This document shows, in pieces, positions 55,070 through 64,000 of a DNA stretch of 64,000 bases. The notes beneath the pieces are model-generated. The model did not search any database. It saw only the letters and a list, made by a program, of their open reading frames with translations, and was not told the DNA's origin. Numbering within the stretch: the first letter of the stretch is position 1; the number at the start of each line of letters is the position of its first letter. Origin of the DNA: an uncultured delta proteobacterium (GTDB taxonomy: Bacteria; Desulfobacterota; Syntrophobacteria; Syntrophobacterales; Syntrophobacteraceae); NCBI GenBank assembly GCA_963808625.1, contig CAWEHK010000019.1:41245-105244 (forward strand), written 5' to 3'. The position numbers and the translations under genes are program-made.

Positions 55070-55102
55070 CAGCCTATCGTCGAGGTATTGGCAGGTTAGA
55101 CC

Positions 55103-55157
55103 AAAATAAAGCCGGACCCTGGACCGCCAGGGGAAGCTCCCCACCGGTCCAGGGTCC
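55103..55157 (-). terminator. Terminator-like hairpin downstream of the HU gene
   Basis: GGACCCTGGACC...GGTCCAGGGTCC followed by a T-rich tract on the minus strand. Confidence 0.55.
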
Positions 55158-55165
55158 CCGGGCTG

Positions 55166-55438
55166 CTATGCTACGGTATCCTTCAATTTGCTCCCGGCCC
55201 TGAACTTGACCACCTTTGACGGAGGAATCTTAAGAGCTTCACCGGTCCTCGGGTTGCGCCCCTCCCTCTCGGATCGCTCTGAAACTTCAAATGTTCCGAA
55301 CCCCACCAACGTGATCTTGTCTCCTGCAGCCAGGGCGTCTGTGACCACGGAAACGAGACTGGTGAGCGCCTTTTCGGCATTGGCCCTGGTAAGGCCGGCA
55401 TCGATGGCAATCTTAGCGACTAAATCGGCTTTTGTCAT
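55166..55438 (-). CDS. hup: HU family DNA-binding protein
   Basis: MTKADLV, LVGFGTF, R.GRNP.TGE, KF.AG..LK. Confidence 0.93.
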   Translation of the reverse strand: MTKADLVAKIAIDAGLTRANAEKALTSLVSVVTDALAAGDKITLVGFGTFEVSERSEREGRNPRTGEALKIPPSKVVKFRAGSKLKDTVA

Positions 55439-55653
55439 TTGACCCCTCCCTCATGAAATGTTTCTTGCTTTCGCCCGTAACCACCGAATGAAAACGTTTA
55501 GTGATGAACTGACACTCGTGAACCCTTCACCTCACAACACTTGGCGACGAAATTATACTACCCCAAAATCCATGGCAAGTAATAAATACACTAAAAATCA
55601 AGCACCCCGGAATATCCTGGCAGATCATTTGCTTCCTGATGGGAATCGAGGTA

Positions 55654-55808
55654 ATTTCGGATTTCGGATGTCGGATTTCGGATGTCGGATTTCGGATGTC
55701 GGATGTCGATTGCGGATGTCGGATGTCGGATTGCGGATGTCGGATGTCGGATTGCGGATGTCGGATGTCGGATTGCGGATGCGGATTCGGATTGCGGATT
55801 GCGGAATG
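55654..55808. repeat. Heptamer tandem array (CGGATGT/CGGATTT/CGGATTG)n, about 22 units
   Basis: Directly visible in the divergent hup-priA intergenic region. Confidence 0.9.
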
Positions 55809-55913
55809 TGAAACCGCTCCGCCCTGCCGAAATGGCAATCGCTGTACGATCAAGGTATCCTTTGTCGTGTTTTGACTAAAAAACGATGCCGGATTGGGAA
55901 CAAGCGGACCAAA

Positions 55914-58160
55914 ATGACCGAGCTTTTTGCAGAAGTCGCAGTATTCAACGCTCTCGACAAGACTCTTCATTACCAGGTGCCATCCGGTCTTCGGCAGCAA
56001 GCACGGATCGGGGCAAGAGTCCTGGTGCCGCTCGGCAGGCGAACTGCCATGGGGTTGATTGTTAAGCTTGATACGGCCTCCCCCGACTTAGCGGAAGAAG
56101 TGGTCTTGCGGCCATTGACCGCAATACTCGACCAGACTCCCGTGGTTCCGGAGGACCTGCTTGCCCTCAGCACCTGGATTTCCAAATACTACTTCTATCC
56201 CTTGGGTGAGGTCCTGCAATTGGCGGTGCCGGCCAAGGCACGCGCGGTACCCGAGGCATACTACCGTTTGGCGGCCGGGGCGAGAAAAACGTGCACGCGG
56301 CCTGGCGACTCCCCTCTCATTGAGCTGCTGTCACAAAAGGCCGAGCTCTCGGTCAAGGAGCTCCATCGCAAACTGGAAGGCGGCAAGGAACTCCGCAGGG
56401 AACTGCAAAAGCTTGAGCGTGACGGGATCATCGAACGCATCTTTCGCCTCGATACCGTCGGGCCGGCTTCGCGAAAAACCAAGCATGCCCCGCTCGACCT
56501 TGGCTCTGATCCCGCGTCCCCACCGCCGACCCCTTCCGCTGATCAGCAAAACGTGTTGGATGCCATCCGACAGCACCTTCAGGGGCCTTCTTTTGTGACC
56601 TTCCTCGTTTTTGGCGTGACCGGCAGCGGCAAGAGCGAGATCTATCTGCGCCTGGCTGAAACCGCCCTGGAGCACCAAAAAGGTGTCCTCATCCTGGCGC
56701 CGGAAATAGCCCTCACCTTCCAGCTCGAGGCCCTGTTCCGGCAGCGGTTCGGCTCAGAGCTCGCGATCTGGCATAGCGGTCTTTCCAACCGGGTGCGCAC
56801 AGCGCAATGGCAGGACATTTTGAGTGGAAAGAGGAAAGTGGTCCTGGGGGCCCGTTCTGCAATCTTTATGCCGGTCCACCAGTTGGGGTTGATCGTCATC
56901 GACGAAGAACACGATTCTTCATACAAGCAGGATGACCATTTACGCTACCAGGCCCGCGATGTCGCCTTGATGCGGGCGCAAATGCTTAAAATACCGATTG
57001 TGTTGGGTTCCGCCACCCCTTCTCTGCAGTCTTTCCATCACAGTCGGACCAACCGCTACACGCTGCTTTCACTCCCGCGGCGCATCCACGACCGCCCGCT
57101 CCCGGATTTGGAAATCATCGACATGCGCAGGGAGAACAGGCGGAGCAGGGTCCTCTCCAAAGCTCTCAAAGCGGCTCTCACGGAAACGCTCGCGGCCGGG
57201 CAACAGGCCCTCTTGTTCCTTAACCGGCGAGGTTTTGCCAACTTTGTCCTGTGCCACGTCTGCGGGCATGTGCTGGAATGTGAGAGCTGCAGTGTGAGCC
57301 TCACGTATCATAACAAGAAAGAATCGCTGTGCTGTCATTATTGCGGCGCAGAAAAGAAGCTCCCCGCGCACTGCCCGGCCTGTGATCATGCCGCGCTCAT
57401 TCTGCACGGGTTTGGGACCGAACGCATTGAAAAGGAAGTAAAAAAGCTCCTTCCGGAAGCACAAGTTCTCAGGATCGATCGCGACACCGCCTCCGAGCCG
57501 CGCTATATGGCCGAGTGCCTGGAATCCATAAGAGCCCATCGGGCGAATGTCCTCATCGGCACCCAGATGCTCACCAAAGGGCACGATTTCCCGAGCATTA
57601 CGCTGGTCGGGGTCGTGAATGCGGACACCTCGCTGCAGATCGCCGATTTCCGGGCGGGGGAAACCACCGTGCAACTGCTCATGCAGGTCGCCGGGCGGGC
57701 GGGCCGCGGCGATATGCCGGGCCGGGTGATCCTGCAAACCTACAATCCTTCGCACTATACCATCGAGTCGGTGCTGAACATGGACTACCTCGGTTTTTGC
57801 GAGAAAGAGCTCGAATCAAGAGAACGGCTGCAATACCCGCCCTTTGCCAGGTTGTTGCGGCTCCTGGTGACCTCCACCCGTGAGGAATTGACCAGAGAAG
57901 CTGCCCATGAACTTGCCGGCCTCTGCCGGACGGTTGCTCTCGAATTCCGCTCCCAGGCCAAATACCTGGCAGTCCTCGGCCCCTCGCCGGCGCCCCTGGT
58001 GAAGCTCAAGAATCGCTTCCGCTGGCACATTTACATCAAGGCCTGGACGAATCAGGACCTGCAGCAGTTCACCGAGGTGGTGTTGGAACGAAGCCGCGCA
58101 AACCCCGTGCTTCGTCGCGTGCAACTGGCCATCGACCGGGACCCGACTATGGTGATGTAA
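55914..58160 (+). CDS. priA: Primosomal protein N'
   Basis: GVTGSGK.E.Y, PEIALT, DEEHD.SYKQ, SATP, LNRRG, eight-Cys zinc cluster, QV.GRAGR. Confidence 0.96.
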   Translation: MTELFAEVAVFNALDKTLHYQVPSGLRQQARIGARVLVPLGRRTAMGLIVKLDTASPDLAEEVVLRPLTAILDQTPVVPEDLLALSTWISKYYFYPLGEVLQLAVPAKARAVPEAYYRLAAGARKTCTRPGDSPLIELLSQKAELSVKELHRKLEGGKELRRELQKLERDGIIERIFRLDTVGPASRKTKHAPLDLGSDPASPPPTPSADQQNVLDAIRQHLQGPSFVTFLVFGVTGSGKSEIYLRLAETALEHQKGVLILAPEIALTFQLEALFRQRFGSELAIWHSGLSNRVRTAQWQDILSGKRKVVLGARSAIFMPVHQLGLIVIDEEHDSSYKQDDHLRYQARDVALMRAQMLKIPIVLGSATPSLQSFHHSRTNRYTLLSLPRRIHDRPLPDLEIIDMRRENRRSRVLSKALKAALTETLAAGQQALLFLNRRGFANFVLCHVCGHVLECESCSVSLTYHNKKESLCCHYCGAEKKLPAHCPACDHAALILHGFGTERIEKEVKKLLPEAQVLRIDRDTASEPRYMAECLESIRAHRANVLIGTQMLTKGHDFPSITLVGVVNADTSLQIADFRAGETTVQLLMQVAGRAGRGDMPGRVILQTYNPSHYTIESVLNMDYLGFCEKELESRERLQYPPFARLLRLLVTSTREELTREAAHELAGLCRTVALEFRSQAKYLAVLGPSPAPLVKLKNRFRWHIYIKAWTNQDLQQFTEVVLERSRANPVLRRVQLAIDRDPTMVM

Positions 58161-58221
58161 GCCCGAGTCTCAGCAAACGCTCGGCAACGACTTTTTATAC
58201 TCAGTAGACACCAGGAAATCA

Positions 58222-59001
58222 CTATCTGCCCTTCGCCGACGAAGGACGATCGGCTTTCCGGAGCATAACCAGATTCTGATCGAGGCCATGTCGCAGAACC
58301 TCAAGATGCTCTGAATGGCCTATCAACTGTTCGGCAGACAAATGTGCCAGTTTGAATGGAAACAGACTTGTGCTGTCGAGGACGTCACTGAGTTCTGCCG
58401 AACCATTGCAAAGCGTGTGCAGGTAGGCTTCAACAAGCCAGGAAATGGTCCTGGGATCACTAATTGCCGATGATAACCCCAACCCGTATGTTCCTTTCGT
58501 ATCAGTTTCTTTAAGAACCTCCCAATCCAGAAAAGAACGCAGTATTCGGCGGGCTGCTCTCGATACGGTTTCCCGTTCCCCGTATTGCTCTCTCATCCGG
58601 CGCTGGACTTGGGCTGCCCCCGCGGAGCCTTGAAGCCTCAAAAGACGGCCGACTTGACCGGCCACGTGGCCCCAAAAAGGGTAGACCGCCATAACCATCC
58701 CCCAATGGACAACCAGGTGGTCGGTTCGAGGAAGGCGCGTGAGCAGTTCCAAGCCGCGCAGACGGAGCGATTCGAGTTCGGGCGGAGTAGTAAACCATAC
58801 CTTCATGAGGATCGTGATGATCTTCTCACGGTTTCCTCTGATCGCCCGGCCACCGACAGACACTTTGTCTTTCAAGAGGGCTTGCAGAGCATCGTTGACG
58901 GCGGACTTATCATTTCCAGCCAGAACCAGGTTGGCGACCTGCTCAAGCCACTCCAACCGAACCCTCTGGCTGAATCCGATCTCATCGGTTCGACGGTTCA
59001 T
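58222..59001 (-). CDS. brxA: Probable BREX type-3 BrxA
   Basis: Overlaps the pglZ stop codon. IGFSQRVRLEWL, HWGM..AVYPF, YGERETV.RA.RR. Assignment rests on synteny and recalled similarity. Confidence 0.65.
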   Translation of the reverse strand: MNRRTDEIGFSQRVRLEWLEQVANLVLAGNDKSAVNDALQALLKDKVSVGGRAIRGNREKIITILMKVWFTTPPELESLRLRGLELLTRLPRTDHLVVHWGMVMAVYPFWGHVAGQVGRLLRLQGSAGAAQVQRRMREQYGERETVSRAARRILRSFLDWEVLKETDTKGTYGLGLSSAISDPRTISWLVEAYLHTLCNGSAELSDVLDSTSLFPFKLAHLSAEQLIGHSEHLEVLRHGLDQNLVMLRKADRPSSAKGR

Positions 59002-60139
59002 GTGCTCCTCCTCTCGATTTGAACCAGCGGAACAATGACCTCCTCGATGGTTATTCCGCCATGACCGACCGTGTGATCTCCTTCTGGAATGAAGGCCTTT
59101 CGACCGTCAGCGATGAGAGGGAGAAAGGACTCAGGAAGACCGATAGGTTCCCACTCCAAGGCTGTCGGGAAGCGCTCCTTCACCTTGCTCCGAAGGGTTG
59201 CGTCCGAGTAGATGCGGACCCTTTCCCCTCGCAGATCCGCCACGGCTCCCTCTGCCGGACGGCCACAACCTTCGGCTTCAACATTGCCGTGATCGGAGGT
59301 GAGATAGACCCGGAAGCCCCCGTCCAAGAGCAGATTGATGAGCGTGCTCAAGTAAGGTTTCTGGGCCCACTGCCGCACCTGGTTATGCATGCCGGCCGTG
59401 CCCAGTTCCATTCCATGCAGGATTCTGTCAACTTTATCGACAACCAGTCCGGCAACTCTGGCTTTCGGGTGGGATAGGGTCTCCAAGATGTTCTCCAAAG
59501 GATCGTCACCGAGTCCCTTCGCGTATATAATCTCATTTGGCAGCAGGCCATGATTCATCCAAAACTTGGTCCACAAAACAGGCTCTTTCTCAGTGGTTTG
59601 GATGCTGTTGGGGAAATAGATGGGAGGGTCCCCTGCAAAAACAGCCTGGCGGGAGACCGATGTGATCGTGGGAATCCAGGCAAACAGCATGTGCTCCCGA
59701 AAGTGGAAATCAGGTTGGCGTGAGGCGAGTGCTTCGCGGATGACCAGCCACTGGGCCAAGGAAAGACCGTCTACCAGGAGCAGTGCAACCTTGGCTGCGC
59801 GATCTTCTCCCACCTGGCCGGCCAGGAAGCGCGGGAGGTGATGAAGCATGACCGGATGTACCGCCGGCTGATTGTAAAGCCCAGCATATCGCTTGGAGAG
59901 CCAGGCGGCAAACCTGATGTCCACCTGTTCCTGCAAGCTCTTTATGCGCTCATTGCTCTCTTGGGGCATGCCTTCTGCTGGCTTATTTACCAGCAGAACC
60001 AACTCTGCCCATCCACGGGCGAAGTGAAACCATTCCACATGCTTCGCGCTCTCGGCTGGAATAGACCCCTGGAGGCTCTCAATGAGCTTAGTCAAACGGC
60101 GGGTTTTATCCATTGACGGGTCGGTTCGAACCCCTATGC

Positions 60140-60448
60140 TCACCCAGGTCTTGGAAAGGGTGTCCGCATGCTCGTGGGAGACCGAGTGAAGCAGGCCTTC
60201 AACGAACAGATTATTAAAGCGCCCTTCGGGCGGGCTTTTATCCCGGTATATTCCATAGTCTCTCGGTTACAGTCAGGACAACCGACAAGAGGCATTTTGA
60301 CTTCTCTCCCCTCGAATTCAGCGAAGCCAAGCTCGAAATCAATGATGGCCTCATTGACCCACATCTCACACCCGCACCGGGAACAGCGATAATTGTACTC
60401 CTCCGGCGGGGGGCCAAAGGGAATATCCTCCCCCTCCTGAAGTTCCAT
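60140..60448 (-). CDS. Small zinc-ribbon ORF overlapping the transposase 3' end
   Basis: MELQEGEDIPF...YRCSRCG...GCPDC; reads out through the element end into pglZ sequence. Confidence 0.5.
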   Translation of the reverse strand: MELQEGEDIPFGPPPEEYNYRCSRCGCEMWVNEAIIDFELGFAEFEGREVKMPLVGCPDCNRETMEYTGIKARPKGALIICSLKACFTRSPTSMRTPFPRPG

Positions 60449-61718
60449 CTTTGTTCCTAACGATTCTTTCGTATTTGCCCGCTTTGAGATTTTCCCACTC
60501 ATCATAGATCGTCCCGTACTTTGGGTGCCATATCTTCCACAAATCCATCTCCTGACCACAAAATCTGCAACGGAGAGGATCTCGGCCACTCATCTCCTGG
60601 AACCTTTCCCGGTAACCCTTCGGAGCAATCACTTCATACGATCCCTTGATGACCCGACCTGCTTTACGCAATCCCGCTTTGATCACCTCCACCCATTTCT
60701 TGAAAGTCTTCGTTGCTTGCAGGCCATAATAGCGTATCCGCTGAAATCCCTTGGGGAGAATATGTTGAACCATCCGACCGATAAAGGTCATCACATTCAC
60801 TGTGACAACTTCTTTGTGCTTCGTACGATGATCCTTGTACCAGTACGTCACTTCCTGACCAGTGTATCGGATGATCCGTCTTATTGCTATCGGAGGAGAG
60901 GCCACATACTTCGCCAGATATTTCGCCAAACCACGGCACTGATCAGGGACTTTCCCTTTCGTTACATGGGCTACGAGACCTTTAGGGTATTTCTTCCAGA
61001 GAGCATCAATCAGTGTCTTCATCTCACCGCTTCGATCCATCTCCTTCAACATCTTGAAAAGGTGATATTGCCACTTCTTGTGGATGATCTCATACGAAAA
61101 ATACCCCAACTCCACCCAACTGCCCGTCTTTTCGTTCACACCTCCACTGGTCATGATGATGTGAAGATGTGGATTGTAGTGACCTGACCGGCCATGGGTT
61201 TGAACTACCACTATCCCTCCGATCTTCACTTGCTGACGCACTGCCACGCTCACCACATCCTCAAGACATCCATAACCACAGCGCATTAATGCCGAAAGAA
61301 GCTTCCCTTCATGTCGATCCCTATAGAATGTCATCCGAAGTTGTTCCGGAACCGTCAGAATCATGTGACGGTATCTCACTCCAGCCTGAAGAACACCGCT
61401 CACTTCCGCTACAAAATCATCCGTGTATCCCTTAGAACACGAAAGACAAAAACAACTCTTGCAGGTGAAACACACCCGCCGAAGATCCTTCCCTCAACGG
61501 GTGCACAAGTACTCACTATATCCACCCTCCTCTTTTCCACATCCAAGCATCTTCCCCACTACTTCATCGTAATATTGCGTGCCATATCCCTGATGACACT
61601 CCTTGAACTCTCCCCAATGATCCTCGAATATCTGACGGAAAGTATCCCGATCAACTCCCGACACTCACTCCCTCTCACTTTTGGTCCCACTCTTCTTACT
61701 ATCACAATCCTCTGATAT
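60213..61718 (-). mobile_element. IS91-family (rolling-circle Y2) insertion sequence, ~1.5 kb, no target duplication
   Basis: Boundaries fixed by reconstituting pglZ (1-bp ambiguity). Subterminal hairpin AAAGCGCCCTTCGGGCGGGCTTT near 60216-60239. Carries a HUH/Y2 transposase. Confidence 0.88.
60366..61664 (-). CDS. IS91-family transposase with an in-frame TGA at 61494-61496
   Basis: GTG start at 61664 after a GAGAGGGAG-like RBS. YLCTR*G...CFTCKS..CLSC zinc finger, H..LTVP..LR, NPHLH (HUH), YLAKY, PKGFQRIRYYG. Confidence 0.85.
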
Positions 61719-62521
61719 GTCAAGGTATACTCTGATGTCGTGGTGTTCGAAAGGCAGATCGACAGGCCCCTCGATAGTCAATCTCGAGGGCCCCTTGCCT
61801 TCCCGAACGCCGGGCGCCTCTTTCGCCTCCTGACGGTCGAGAAAAATCGGCCAGCGTTCCTGGAGAAAAGCGAAAAATGTCTCCCGGTCTGAAACCAGCG
61901 CCTCAAGCGGCCACTCTTCAAAGACGCCGCTCTGCCGCAGCAGGTGGATAAACCTTTCGTCAAGGATTGTTGGTATTCGCTGACCCCGGTAATGACGGCG
62001 AAGCAGTACCCGCAGTAAGTCGGAAGGCTGCTTGATCAGCTCGGGGGCGATTTCAAAGACGTGCCGTAGGACAAATTCTTTGGTGGCATTGTCGCCCAGA
62101 TGACCGGGTGTGTAACGTTTCTGCGCGCTCGTAGAGGGTGTCCAGGTCCCCCGGGTCAAGCGCGGTCAAAACCGGATAGCTGAGATTCGGGAAGATGTTG
62201 CCAAGGCTGAACGAGAGACTCCGACCGGCGAGGAGCAGGTCATAGGGGAGAGATCCGAGGTCGCCGGCTTGAGAACGAAGCACCACCACGAGATCCGTCT
62301 GCTCACCCCGGTCCCATCGGGAACGGAACTTTGATTCATAAACATACCGAAATGCAATGTGATCTTCAAACGGGATCAGCTCGAACCCCCGTTCGCGAAT
62401 GCCCGCGAGAATCCCCTCTTCAAGGAGAAGACCATCCGGGTCCGCCACCAGGGTGAGTCGTGCGACCTTCGGGGTAAACTCCTTCAGAATTTGATCACGC
62501 CAACCGGTCATCAAAGACTCC

Positions 62522-62724
62522 AACCGCGAATAGACGCAAATGAACGCTAATCGAGAAAAGATTCAATTTGCATGATCTGGTCACCTCCACACACAAATCC
62601 CGCTCGTAAGTCTTTTCCGGCAACCCATGCCCAAGCGCGTTCAGTACCGCCATAGCGTATCCGACCACTCGGAAAGTCAGTTCCTTCTTTATCAATTCGC
62701 GTCCATTGGCGTTCATTCGCGGTT
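62522..62724 (-). pseudogene. Truncated GxxExxY cassette bounded by ~30-bp inverted repeats
   Basis: ATG at 62716: MNANGRELIKKELTFRVVG.AMAVLN.LGHGLPEKTYE, then truncated; near-duplicate of the adjacent gene 5' end. Confidence 0.8.
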
Positions 62725-62774
62725 CCCTGACGCCAACCGCGAATAACGCAAATGAACGCCAATAAAGAAAAGGT

Positions 62775-63197
62775 TCAATTTCCAGGTGCTTGCTTTGATT
62801 TGCGGTGCCCTTCCTGCAGCACAACCTTCCGCCACTCCAGCTTCGAGTGCTTGAAGTTCAGAATGACTCCCGCCTCAAGGCCGGTGATTTTTAAGTAATT
62901 CAGTACCTGGCCGAGGTGCTCATCAATGATTTGGTCAACGGTCTTGGCTTCCACAATGAGGCGATTTTCAACCTCGAGGTCAGGGATATAGTCGTCGATA
63001 TGTTCTCCACGATAGTAGACCGGATAGGTGTGTTGCTGTTGAAAAGCCAACCCCTGTAGAGTCAACTCGACACACAAAGCCCGCTCATAAGTTTTTTCCC
63101 TCAACCCATGCCCAAGCTCGTTCAGTACTGCCATAGCGCATCCGACTACCCGGAAAGTCAGTTCCTTCTCTATCAATTCGCGTCCATTGGCGTTCAT
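62775..63197 (-). CDS. GxxExxY protein (PD-(D/E)xK nuclease-like)
   Basis: GLREKTY motif; YIPDLEVE..LIVEAK, Q..NYLK.TG...G..LNF. 140 aa; start codon lies within the inverted repeat. Confidence 0.92.
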   Translation of the reverse strand: MNANGRELIEKELTFRVVGCAMAVLNELGHGLREKTYERALCVELTLQGLAFQQQHTYPVYYRGEHIDDYIPDLEVENRLIVEAKTVDQIIDEHLGQVLNYLKITGLEAGVILNFKHSKLEWRKVVLQEGHRKSKQAPGN

Positions 63198-63446
63198 TCG
63201 CGGTTCCCTTCCACCCGAATCACGAGTAACGGCACCATCTCTGGATAGACGTGGGCCTTCTGCTCGAGCTGCTCTTGGAAGACTTCGCTCCTCCTGGGCC
63301 AGGAGATTCAAACGGTAGTTGCAGACGACGGAGTCGCGGCCGGGCAACCAGACCCGGCAGGTTTTCTCTCCCCAGAGCGTCTGGACTTCGATGACCTGAC
63401 AGGCGCAGTTGTGAATCGTGCTGTATTGCCAAGAACCAGCGCTCAC
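63194..63446 (-). pseudogene. Remnant of the BREX-3 helicase gene (brxHII-like) with a large internal deletion
   Basis: WQYSTIHN.AC.VIE.QTLWG...CRVWLP joined to NYRLNLL..EE and, in an alternate frame, FQEQLEQKAHVYPEMVPLLVIRVEGNRE*. These resemble the N- and C-termini of BREX-3 helicases as recalled; the position upstream of pglZ fits. Confidence 0.6.
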
Positions 63447-64000
63447 TCTACAGCATCTTCATTAGGTGGTTTTGCGGCATAAATAGTGAGCATCAACTCC
63501 GCCTCATCCAGCAACCGGAATTCCGGCCTACGACCGGAAAGTTTTTCGCTTTCGGTTATGATGATTGGCACTCCCTCGCCGCGTTTGTCCATCATATAGC
63601 TGCGCTGGCTGCCAATGGCATTGACATTCATGGGGCAACGGGCAAGTAGGGAGCTCAACAACTCGTTGCGAGCCGATTGACGTTCCGAGAGGCTGTCAAT
63701 GGTCATCGTATTGGGGATAGTTCCAGGCGAAAAAATCTCAAGCCTGTCGGCAAACAGATGCACACGGATCTTCGAGCCATAGATGGAATAATCACGATGC
63801 ACAACCGCATTGACAATGGCTTCAAAGACCGCGTTCATCGAGAACTGTGGCGTTTCAATGCGATGGGGAGCCTTGATAGCATAAACGCGCATATTGCGCT
63901 CAACGAATTAACATGCTTCCTGCACCTGCACATCCAGCGGCCCCGTGATGTCCTCTGCATCGAGTTGATAAGATGCGTTTCGTTCAGATGAGCGTCAAGG
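63443..64000 (-). CDS. ATP-binding protein with HATPase_c_4 (RecG-C-like) domain, 3' part only
   Basis: EAIVNAVVHRDYS..GS.I...LF.DRLEI.SPG, ARNELL, MDKRGEG. Continues beyond the window. Confidence 0.8.

Larger units (their letters stand above)
58998..62511 (-). pseudogene. pglZ: BREX-3 PglZ phosphatase interrupted by an IS91-like element (60213-61718); extra frameshift near 62125
   Basis: N-terminus WRDQILKEFTP..RLTLVADPDGLL. Removing the insert restores DIRVYLD|NLFVEGLL. PglZ motifs VDGLS..QW, PTITSVSRQ, TSDHGN, HGG....EVIVP. Confidence 0.88.

Noticed and set aside
55654..55808. Possible CRISPR array
   Set aside because: Contiguous 7-bp units without unique spacers; no cas genes in the window.
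55527..56000. Repetitive ORFs (SDIRHPQ / MSDCGCR / IADVGCR)
   Set aside because: Translations of the heptamer array, not credible proteins.
62775..63446. 223-aa GxxExxY protein with a novel N-terminal domain
   Set aside because: The extension is the helicase remnant read in a shifted frame; the duplicate cassette supports the start at 63197.

Overview
GC-rich bacterial chromosomal segment. Gene content (HAO-like octaheme and nonaheme cytochromes, fused NuoBCD, short PurH, FadL) suggests an anaerobic deltaproteobacterium (Desulfobacterota/Syntrophobacterales-like); this is an inference. Left to right: a sulfate-exporter-family transporter; an unusual operon of a GNAT/FemAB-like–TraB/GumN fusion, a second GNAT-like paralogue and a radical SAM/SPASM enzyme; a divergent family-B DNA polymerase; an AI-2E transporter; an octaheme cytochrome divergent from a nuoA-BCD-H-I-J-K-L-M-N operon without nuoEFG; a CsgG/DUF4810/DUF799 trio; a mini-ISAs1; a 9-heme cytochrome; a stand-alone LigD phosphoesterase; a long housekeeping block (purH-like, fadL, MetE-core, moeA/mobA/mobB, lgt, ABC permeases, xseAB-ispA-dxs-tlyA-rlmH, hpt, serS, IHF/HU, ligA, priA). 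At the right end is a decayed type-3 BREX locus: pglZ is split by a 1.5-kb IS91-like element, the helicase gene is almost entirely deleted, and two tandem inverted-repeat-bounded GxxExxY cassettes lie between them. Intergenic spaces carry several classes of small palindromic or periodic repeats. Many single-base frameshifts, including in normally essential genes, point to assembly indel errors, so most split genes are probably intact in vivo. All family calls come from motif recognition only; no searches were run.
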